Source: a virus. Taken from it: a DNA stretch of 64,000 bases. Shown one piece after another: positions 1-6,193 of this stretch. The notes under the pieces were generated by a model, which saw nothing but the letters and a program-made list of their open reading frames with translations, ran no database searches and had not been told where the DNA came from. Made by a program: the position numbers and the translations under genes. The stretch covers positions 6,265-70,264 of the IMG/VR virus record IMGVR_UViG_3300032180_000006. One strand, given 5' to 3'. Numbering within the stretch: position 1 is the first letter of the stretch; each line of letters opens with the position of its first letter.

Positions 1-283
1 GCCCAGCAGCGGTAAAGCCATAGTTAAAGGCTGCCACACCTGCGCAGCTTTGCACGGGCAGGTCGTGCTCGCGCCAGCGTGGTCCAAATTTACCGCACGT
101 CTGTACAGTGTCAGCCGTGCGCACGGCCAGCAGCGCGGTGAAGGCGATTTTATTGGTAGTGTCCAACAGCTTGGGTCGCGGGCTGTCGGGTAGTGTTTGA
201 CAATGACCCATCGCACCGACTAAAAGAAACAGCAGCGCCAGCGCGACGAGGGCTATGGTTACGTCCTTGCTATCTTGTTGCAT
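1..283 (-). CDS. Hypothetical membrane/secreted protein (runs off window edge)
   Basis: ATG at 283 after GGAGG; MQQDSKDVTIALVALALLFLLVGAMG hydrophobic N-terminus; frame open to position 1. Confidence 0.6.
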   Translation of the reverse strand, partial: MQQDSKDVTIALVALALLFLLVGAMGHCQTLPDSPRPKLLDTTNKIAFTALLAVRTADTVQTCGKFGPRWREHDLPVQSCAGVAAFNYGFTAAG

Positions 284-389
284 TTTACTGCCTCCCTTGG
301 AACTGCGTTCGTTCAAGTGGCTGAGGGTTTGGCTGCCACTGGCTATGCGCTAGAACGCAATTCCAAGCGGAGCAGTAAAACTCCGCTTG
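284..389 (-). other. Structured intergenic RNA element with alternative hairpins overlapping the RBS
   Basis: UUGGAAUUGCGUUC/GAACGCAGUUCCAA stem; CAAGCGGAG/CUCCGCUUG hairpin competes with UUUUACUGC/GCAGUAAAA. Confidence 0.55.
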
Positions 390-391
390 TG

Positions 392-622
392 CTACCTGGA
401 TTTTCTGGCTGAGTGTATTACAGATGGCCCGCGCAGCGTGTCGGCGATGAAGAGATTCACTTGGTCTTCATGGCGATACTCAGCAATTCTTCGTTCGTCC
501 ACCCACTCGCCGTCGACGGCTGAGAAGCGTTGTGGCATCAGTTGATAGTAGAGTGAACCGGGAATCAGTTCAACGATGATACGACGATCACCATCGTTGG
601 CGATTAATTCAGATTTTGGCAT
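392..622 (-). CDS. Hypothetical early protein (76 aa, MPKSELI)
   Basis: AAGGAGAA RBS before ATG 622; the MQVASPAT extension in the ORF track is ribozyme sequence. Confidence 0.75.
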   Translation of the reverse strand: MPKSELIANDGDRRIIVELIPGSLYYQLMPQRFSAVDGEWVDERRIAEYRHEDQVNLFIADTLRGPSVIHSARKSR

Positions 623-644
623 TGCATTCTCCTTTAACTGCGTT

Positions 645-709
645 GCAGGGCTTGCAACCTGCATGCCGCATTACAGTCCGCGAGGCAAGGTGCGCGGGCT
701 GTGCTCTGC
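645..709 (-). ncRNA. Twister ribozyme, circularly permuted (P5-type), copy A
   Basis: GCAGAG-CA-[P1 hairpin]-UAAUGC-GGCAU-GCAGG UUGCAAGC CCUGC; T1 GCA/UGC; predicted cut 673/672. Confidence 0.88.
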
Positions 710-713
710 GTCT

Positions 714-929
714 TTACGTACCTGTGATTAAGGTGATGCGCCGCTTAACGCTGTCATCTTCAATTTGCAGCGCCTCAACCACATCATTGACGCACTCGTA
801 TAAGCGTTCTCTAACTTCCGTTTTGCTGAGTTTACTGGTGGGCTGGTCAGCGACAATACTGGCAAGCGCTGCGCCTGCATTGGCTACGCAGTCGTAAAAA
901 CTGCGTTCACGTTTACTACCGTCGGGCAT
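714..929 (-). CDS. Hypothetical early protein (71 aa, MPDGSK)
   Basis: CAGGAGAAGGGAA before ATG 929. Confidence 0.7.
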   Translation of the reverse strand: MPDGSKRERSFYDCVANAGAALASIVADQPTSKLSKTEVRERLYECVNDVVEALQIEDDSVKRRITLITGT

Positions 930-945
930 TTCCCTTCTCCTGTTC

Positions 946-1020
946 TGCCTCATGGCGGACTTGGAACCGCCTGTGTGCATTACAACCCGGCACGAAACCG
1001 GGCTGTCCTCTGCTTAGGCA
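946..1020 (-). ncRNA. Twister ribozyme, P5-type, copy B
   Basis: P5 UGCCU/AGGCA; GCAGAG-GA-CAGCCCGG..CCGGGUUG-UAAUGC; P4 GGCGG UUCCAAGU CCGCC; T1 GGA/UCC; cut 982/981. Confidence 0.9.
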
Positions 1021-1229
1021 ATAGGCTCCAGCGTTACCTTGAACCCGCTTACTGCATCGGGGTCAATACCAGCTTTGAGCATAGCAGCTTTGCTGACGTA
1101 GATACTGGTCAGCGCTGGGTCCTTGGCACCTTGCTCGGCGTCAAAGCGAACACTGTGCTTCTTCTCAATGCGAACGGGCAATAACTGAACGATGGATTTC
1201 GCTGTTATCGTACCCTGTTTAGTAGCCAT
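1014..1229 (-). CDS. Hypothetical early protein (71 aa)
   Basis: GGAGG RBS; stop codon lies 2-3 nt from the GCAGAG of ribozyme B. Confidence 0.75.
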   Translation of the reverse strand: MATKQGTITAKSIVQLLPVRIEKKHSVRFDAEQGAKDPALTSIYVSKAAMLKAGIDPDAVSGFKVTLEPIA

Positions 1230-1251
1230 GATTGGCCTCCATCTGCCTCAT

Positions 1252-1307
1252 GCGCGACTTGGGACGCGCTCTGTGCATTACAGCCCGGTTCGCGGGCTGC
1301 CCTCTGC
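1252..1307 (-). ncRNA. Twister ribozyme, P5-type, copy C
   Basis: GCAGAG-GG-CAGCCCG..CGGGCUG-UAAUGC; P4 GCGCG UCCCAAGU CGCGC; T1 GGG/CCC; cut 1280/1279. Confidence 0.88.
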
Positions 1308-1308
1308 T

Positions 1309-1569
1309 TTATGCTGCTGTGATGGGTTTGAATTCTAGCGCCGCGCATGTATCACAATCATTGCGCCGTTCATGTTGCGCATGTATCAGTAGGCTTTGGA
1401 TTGACGTATCGCCGTTGAACCATTGCTCACAGTGTGTGCACTGATAGCGCTTAACGCCATCGTTGCGGTTTTCAAGTTCAAAGTGCGCGCCAAGGTGCAG
1501 CGCCAGCGTTTCGAATTCTGCCAGCGTTACAGTGCGCAAACGCACATTGTAATTGATAGTTGGTGGCAT
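1309..1569 (-). CDS. Cys/His zinc-finger-like early protein
   Basis: AAGGAG RBS; YQCTHC...HAQH...CDTC. Confidence 0.7.
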   Translation of the reverse strand: MPPTINYNVRLRTVTLAEFETLALHLGAHFELENRNDGVKRYQCTHCEQWFNGDTSIQSLLIHAQHERRNDCDTCAALEFKPITAA

Positions 1570-1585
1570 TTCTGTTCTCCTTTTT

Positions 1586-1648
1586 AGCGTTGCAGGGCTT
1601 GCAACCTGCATGCCGCATTGCGCGGGCAGCGCCCGCGTGCTCTGCGCT
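1586..1648 (-). ncRNA. Twister ribozyme, P5-type, copy D
   Basis: GCAGAG-CA-CGCGGGC GCU GCCCGCG-CAAUGC-GGCAU-GCAGG UUGCAAGC CCUGC; cut C1620/A1619. Confidence 0.85.
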
Positions 1649-1654
1649 TACCTT

Positions 1655-2281
1655 TTACATACCCAGCTTGCCCGCGCACTCCGGGCCGAAACCGCTGGCT
1701 ACACTTTCAGGAACGGTGAGCGTTCGCCCGCATCTGCCGCACTTGCCCGCGTGCCATATTTCAAGCTCGGCGGGCAGTATGCCACCTACCAGTCGGCGCA
1801 GACTCCATGCCAACGCCTTAACAGGTATGCTGTCATTGTTCATGTGGCTCTTGCGGGTAAGCTGGAAGACGTTGTGCTTAATCATGCCGATGTAGACATA
1901 ATCGCCCGTGTTGTCCGGGCCACTTAGCAGGCTGACAAAGTACACCACACCGTTGTTCGCGTAGGCTGGGTTGTCCTTGGCACGGCGCACCTTATAGGTA
2001 TACCGTGCGCCCGTGGCTTTGCTGCGCAGCGTGAAGGTAGCGTTGCCGCCTGTAATGAACTGCAACGCTCGCTGTGCTGTGCTCAGGTGGGCAGGGCCAA
2101 CACCATCTAACGGTAACTGCTGCGCAGGTGCAGGCGGCACCATACGGTCAAATTCGTTGTCTGTGTCGTCAACCGCCATAGCGGGCTTTGCAGGTTTCCT
2201 GCGTGTCATGTCGGCTTGTGTGGTGTTAGCCATGCGCGTATAGAACGGTGCTTCGTTGACGTTGTGGTAACGGCGGGTCAT
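1655..2281 (-). CDS. DUF6011-like zinc-ribbon protein
   Basis: C-terminal CGRCGRTLTVPESVASGFGPEC; AAGGAG RBS before ATG 2281. Confidence 0.75.
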   Translation of the reverse strand: MTRRYHNVNEAPFYTRMANTTQADMTRRKPAKPAMAVDDTDNEFDRMVPPAPAQQLPLDGVGPAHLSTAQRALQFITGGNATFTLRSKATGARYTYKVRRAKDNPAYANNGVVYFVSLLSGPDNTGDYVYIGMIKHNVFQLTRKSHMNNDSIPVKALAWSLRRLVGGILPAELEIWHAGKCGRCGRTLTVPESVASGFGPECAGKLGM

Positions 2282-2298
2282 GGTAAATCTCCTTTGGA

Positions 2299-2402
2299 GC
2301 GTTGCAGGGCTTGCAACCTGCATGCCGCATTACAGCAGCCAAGCCCAGCGAGCAGGGAGTGATGTGCTGGGCTTGGTAACTACTGTGCTCTGCGAACTAC
2401 GC
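2299..2402 (-). ncRNA. Twister ribozyme, P5-type, copy E (long P1)
   Basis: P5 GCGU/ACGC; GCAGAG-CA-CAGUAG..CCAAGCCCAGC/GCUGGGCUUGG..CUGCUG-UAAUGC; same P4/L4 as A and D; cut 2332/2331. Confidence 0.88.
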
Positions 2403-2633
2403 GGCCAGCTTAACCAGCTTGGACGCCACAGCAAAGCGGATGAAGCTGTTGTCCGCGCCGACTTTCTTCAGCTTTGGAATGGCCTTATCGGTGGTCTTGC
2501 TGGTCAGGATGATGTCCATGCCCTTCTGCCGCTTGGTACCCTTGCGAGCACCGTGTTCGCGGTTGATGACGACGATTTTCTTGCCAGTGTAACGACCAAC
2601 GGAACGACGAGCAACTTTCTTTGAGTTTTTCAT
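2397..2633 (-). CDS. Small basic protein, possibly nucleic-acid binding
   Basis: 78 aa, Lys/Arg rich, AAGGA RBS. Confidence 0.7.
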   Translation of the reverse strand: MKNSKKVARRSVGRYTGKKIVVINREHGARKGTKRQKGMDIILTSKTTDKAIPKLKKVGADNSFIRFAVASKLVKLAA

Positions 2634-2684
2634 TTTTGTTTATCCTTTTCTTAGTTGAATTTCTGCGGCTGGTACCTTATACCT

Positions 2685-2740
2685 GAGCTCATCAGTGCCT
2701 GATTTTACAGGCAGACACGGCGCAATGCCGTGTTTCGCTC
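2685..2740 (-). ncRNA. Hammerhead ribozyme, type II
   Basis: GAGC-GAAAC-ACGGC AUUGC GCCGU-GUC-UGCCUG UAAAAU CAGGCA-CUGAUGA-GCUC: complete core and three stems; cut after C at 2714. Confidence 0.95.
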
Positions 2741-2745
2741 TTTTT

Positions 2746-2847
2746 CTAGAGCCATAGAAGACGGCGCAGGTAGTGCGCAAAGCCCGCTAAGTCTGTACAC
2801 AGACCGCGAGCAAAGTTTTGAGCGTAAAGCGCAAATCCTCGTGCCAT
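2746..2847 (-). CDS. Small ORF, 33 aa (MARGFALYAQ)
   Basis: AAGGAGGCGGCAAGAAATG leader, nearly identical to that of the upstream gene; below ORF-track cutoff. Confidence 0.55.
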   Translation of the reverse strand: MARGFALYAQNFARGLCTDLAGFAHYLRRLLWL

Positions 2848-2874
2848 TTCTTGCCGCCTCCTTAACGGTTTCAC

Positions 2875-3108
2875 TTACGCAATGCGAACCATTGCAATCA
2901 GCAGTTCGTTCGGTGTGCCTTTAGCGTAATCCAACCATTTGCCATCTTGCAGGCGTTGTGTGTACAGCATGACTTGTCCTTGACTGTCTACGTAGCTCGC
3001 ACCTTGCGAAATACGATAACGGCCAGTACGGTCGTGCGTCAGTGCAAACTCTTGCGGAAATTTGCCCATCGCTTCTAAAATCTTAAGGTCGTCATTTTCA
3101 TGCCACAT
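2875..3108 (-). CDS. Hypothetical early protein (MWHEND)
   Basis: AGGAGGCGGCAAGAAATG leader. Confidence 0.7.
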   Translation of the reverse strand: MWHENDDLKILEAMGKFPQEFALTHDRTGRYRISQGASYVDSQGQVMLYTQRLQDGKWLDYAKGTPNELLIAMVRIA

Positions 3109-3122
3109 TTCTTGCCGCCTCC

Positions 3123-3213
3123 TAGCGGTTTGCAGCACCTTATACAAGGTTGCCGTGCTTTCGCGGCAATCGCGCTGCATTTCATGCAGTGTATAAGGTG
3201 CTGCAAACCGCTA
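3123..3213. repeat. Perfect 24-bp inverted repeat enclosing two small hairpins
   Basis: TAGCGGTTTGCAGCACCTTATACA (3123-3146) / TGTATAAGGTGCTGCAAACCGCTA (3190-3213). Confidence 0.9.
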
Positions 3214-3457
3214 CGGGTTGCGCCTTGGCTAAAGTGCCGCCCGCTCGGCTGGGCATTGCGTGTACATCCGCTTTTATGCGCGTTACACGTCGCAGCCTGC
3301 TTCGCAGGTGGTTGGTACTTTGCCAAGGGCTTGTGGAGGCGGTGGCTTGCGCGCTTGAAAACCGCCGTAGCTTTCGGGCTGGCCCTCTGCAAGTGCGTTG
3401 CAGTTTAACCGTTTAACTCCGCCTGCCCTGTGTTGTCAATGAACTGTTACTGCACAT

Positions 3458-3486
3458 AATGTACGCCTGTAGTTACAGGCATGCAA
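3458..3486 (-). promoter_or_regulatory. Sigma70-like promoter with palindromic operator, upstream of the ribozyme operon
   Basis: TTGCAT-17 nt-TACATT; spacer contains GCCTGTAACTACAGGC. Confidence 0.55.
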
Positions 3487-3535
3487 GCAAAAAGTGAAAA
3501 ATAGGCCTGACTTTATCAGACCTGTTTTCAATCAC

Positions 3536-3709
3536 TTAGGCAGCGCGTACGAAAACTGACGCAACCCAGCACGGCGGGCTTAGTCGCAGGCGGGCTGCAT
3601 TAATGGCGCGCACATCTTCACCATATCGTAACAGAGTTTGCGTCTGTGCGATGCCCAGTTGTTGCCAGTGCCACCAGCTTTGTGACGCAACAAAATATTC
3701 TGTCTTCAT
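3536..3709 (-). CDS. Hypothetical protein
   Basis: ORF coupled (TAATG) to upstream gene. Confidence 0.5.
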   Translation of the reverse strand: MKTEYFVASQSWWHWQQLGIAQTQTLLRYGEDVRAINAARLRLSPPCWVASVFVRAA

Positions 3710-3936
3710 TATTTCACCGCCGTAACGCAACTGATAGCCGTACCACCATCTGCAAAGTTGGCGACAATAGCGTAACAGCGTGTATGCGTTTCGCGATCTT
3801 CAACGAACAATAAGGTGTGAGTGTGGTTCGTCCATTCAACATTGACCCACAATTTTGAAACCGCTTGCGACAAACCAAGGTTAAATGCCGCCAGCAGCCC
3901 AACAGCTACCCATATTCCTATAACAAATTTTTTCAT
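3709..3936 (-). CDS. Small membrane/secreted protein
   Basis: MKKFVIGIWVAVGLLAAF; GGGAG RBS. Confidence 0.6.
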   Translation of the reverse strand: MKKFVIGIWVAVGLLAAFNLGLSQAVSKLWVNVEWTNHTHTLLFVEDRETHTRCYAIVANFADGGTAISCVTAVK

Positions 3937-4127
3937 GCTGCGCTCCCTTTCTTTAGTTCTTCATTACTTGTCAGCGCGTAGTTTCTTAAGCGATGCTGTA
4001 TGTACAGCAAAAATCGTTCCTCCAAGTCCCTGATATTGTTCGAACGTGGTTCGGCGTTTGCCTGTACTTCCAAGGTGTACTTGGTAGCAAGATACAGCAG
4101 ATGGTCTAATACGCGCCTGTCGTCCAC
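3933..4127 (-). CDS. Hypothetical protein
   Basis: GAGG RBS, GTG start just downstream of a promoter. Confidence 0.5.
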   Translation of the reverse strand: MDDRRVLDHLLYLATKYTLEVQANAEPRSNNIRDLEERFLLYIQHRLRNYALTSNEELKKGSAA

Positions 4128-4147
4128 CGTCTTTTACCTCTACCAGT

Positions 4148-4176
4148 ATTATACCTTTATAACTACACCATTGCAA
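4148..4176 (-). promoter_or_regulatory. Sigma70-like promoter
   Basis: TTGCAA-17 nt-TATAAT; TGTAGTTATA in spacer. Confidence 0.7.
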
Positions 4177-4181
4177 TAGAT

Positions 4182-5627
4182 CTATGGTGTCTGGTGGCGC
4201 ACCTTAATATACGTGCGTAGAGCCTGCATCAACCCGCGCTGTGTGCGTTCTTTGCTGCGCATGGCGCGCAGTTTACTTTCATCTACGGTGTCGCGGGCTA
4301 TAAAGTGGTGGACGATCACGTGGCCGTGCTTGTTACCCTGCCTGCGCACGCGGCGGATAAACTGGTCGTAGTTTTCAAAGTCCCAAGGCACGGTATAGAA
4401 CGCTACGTGCTGGCACTGACCTTCTTGCAGATTAAGCCCATGCGCTACGCTGGCGACGTTACAGGCGAACAGCGACAGCTTATTGCCGTTCCACTGCTGT
4501 ATGATGCGCCGCGCATCGTCGGGCTTGACACCACCTTTAATGTATGGCGTCCGCGGGAACGCGGTCAGTATGCGTTCCAGGTCATGGTCAAACTCAAAGC
4601 CCAGCAGCAGCGGCACACCTTGCAGTTCTTCAACTAGATCTACCAGTGCCTCGGTCTTGGCATTGTGCAGCAATTTACTGATGCGGTTGATGCGCTCGTT
4701 TTTCAGTTCGTTAATATAGATTCCGCCGCTGGCAACTTGACAGCATTTCATACTGGCGACGGCTGCGTTCACGGCGGTAACTACGCTGCGATCTTCCAGT
4801 TCAGCTATCATTTCATCTTCAAGGTCATCGTAAATTTTGCGCGCTGCTGGTGGCAGTGCCACGCGAATAATGTTCGGTACTTCCTTGGGTACCTTGAGGT
4901 ACTCATTTTCATCCAGACTTAGCACCAGCGGCTTGATGGCGCGCTGGATTGCCTTTTCGCCGCCCTGCTTCAATCGCCAGTTGTACACGATTGGCCCGCT
5001 GCCTCCAGCGGGTATAAAATAATTCATGCGGAAATGCGTTATGTATTCGCCCAGCGCCTTTCCTAAGTCTAGAATGTAGATTTGCCCAAACAAATCCATG
5101 TACCCATTAGGATTCGGGCTGCCTGTAAGTATCCAGCGTCGTTGGAAACGTGATAAGAACGGCTTCAGCAGCTTGAACCGCCGTGTTCGCGTGTGTTTGA
5201 ACTTACTGCTTTCATCAATGATCAGCAATTCAGGCTTGATTATATTGAACGGTGACTGCCCGGTGCGATTGGCAAAGAACCACGGCAACCCATCAGGATT
5301 GATAATGTACACATCCGCGTCCGTATTAACGGCATCGTCCTTGTTATCGCCGTGCAGTATGTTCCAACGCAGGTGGCTGAACTGTTTCCACTGGTCAATC
5401 TGCACGGGCCATACTTCATACGCTGGCCGCAAAGGCGGCACCACCAGCGCACGACGAATCAGTTTATTTTTCAGCAGTATGTCTAGTGCTTTTAACGCGA
5501 TGCTGGTTTTTCCCAGTCCTGGGTCTAAGAACAGACCTGCGCTGCATTGTTTTAGCAGGAACTGCACTGCCATTTTTTGATACGGGTGTGGTATCCAATC
5601 CTGTTGCAAAAATGTATTTTCTGGCAT
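4182..5627 (-). CDS. SNF2-like (DEAD/SF2) helicase
   Basis: PGLGKT, IIDESS, LTGSP, HGLNLQ, RVRRQG motifs; start uncertain (5627 or 5771). Confidence 0.9.
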   Translation of the reverse strand: MPENTFLQQDWIPHPYQKMAVQFLLKQCSAGLFLDPGLGKTSIALKALDILLKNKLIRRALVVPPLRPAYEVWPVQIDQWKQFSHLRWNILHGDNKDDAVNTDADVYIINPDGLPWFFANRTGQSPFNIIKPELLIIDESSKFKHTRTRRFKLLKPFLSRFQRRWILTGSPNPNGYMDLFGQIYILDLGKALGEYITHFRMNYFIPAGGSGPIVYNWRLKQGGEKAIQRAIKPLVLSLDENEYLKVPKEVPNIIRVALPPAARKIYDDLEDEMIAELEDRSVVTAVNAAVASMKCCQVASGGIYINELKNERINRISKLLHNAKTEALVDLVEELQGVPLLLGFEFDHDLERILTAFPRTPYIKGGVKPDDARRIIQQWNGNKLSLFACNVASVAHGLNLQEGQCQHVAFYTVPWDFENYDQFIRRVRRQGNKHGHVIVHHFIARDTVDESKLRAMRSKERTQRGLMQALRTYIKVRHQTP

Positions 5628-5988
5628 CAAGTTCGTGGGTAAATCTTCTTGGTACGATTTTGGCAAAAGCGTCGCTGATTGTTTTTGCGAAGAACTTGCC
5701 TTCTTTTTCTCTTCTAAGTAATTCCTTGAGATAGGCAATGGCTTTGTCTTTGTTGTCAAAATAGGTGACATCGTAACCTAGTTTCTTTAGAATACTGATG
5801 GTGTGCTGCTGTAAACGTCTAGGTTTCTTACCCGGTCGCTTGAACTCCATTAAGCAGGGGCGACCGCCCGGTATAAAGAAAATTCTATCTGTGTACCCGC
5901 GTCTGCCCAGCACGTTCAGCTTTAAGTGCAGCAGCCCGCACGCATCAGCCCAGTGGCACACGGGCTTTTCAATGTTGTGTTCAAGCAT
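5464..5988 (-). CDS. VRR-NUC domain nuclease
   Basis: E..IE, GYTDRIF, MEFKRPG..RRLQ. Confidence 0.85.
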   Translation of the reverse strand: MLEHNIEKPVCHWADACGLLHLKLNVLGRRGYTDRIFFIPGGRPCLMEFKRPGKKPRRLQQHTISILKKLGYDVTYFDNKDKAIAYLKELLRREKEGKFFAKTISDAFAKIVPRRFTHELDARKYIFATGLDTTPVSKNGSAVPAKTMQRRSVLRPRTGKNQHRVKSTRHTAEK

Positions 5989-5989
5989 G

Positions 5990-6193
5990 CTAATCTTTCA
6001 ATTCTTTGGCAAGTTCCAGCAAAGCATACCACTGGTTACTGTCAAATGAAATGCCGATCTTGTTATCAATATACACAGATACTACGTTCACTGTACGATG
6101 GCTAACTAAATGCATGGTGTGTCCGGGACATCCTTCTCTTACGCAATCGTCCACACAGCGGTATTGAATCTTTGATGTAGTTTTCGTAGACAT
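5990..6193 (-). CDS. Hypothetical protein
   Basis: Coupled ORF in operon. Confidence 0.55.
   Translation of the reverse strand: MSTKTTSKIQYRCVDDCVREGCPGHTMHLVSHRTVNVVSVYIDNKIGISFDSNQWYALLELAKELKD

Noticed and set aside
623-2323. Repeated N-terminal peptide MQVASPAT in three ORFs
   Set aside because: It is the translated twister P4 region; the real starts lie 42 nt downstream, after AAGGAG RBSs
640-2400. Intergenic repeats as CRISPR array, attC sites or phage promoters
   Set aside because: Spacers are whole genes, no cas or integrase is seen, internal spacing varies, and covariation fits the twister fold
3380-3395. GCAGAGGG on the minus strand as a sixth twister
   Set aside because: No following P1-YAAUGC or CAAG-loop P4
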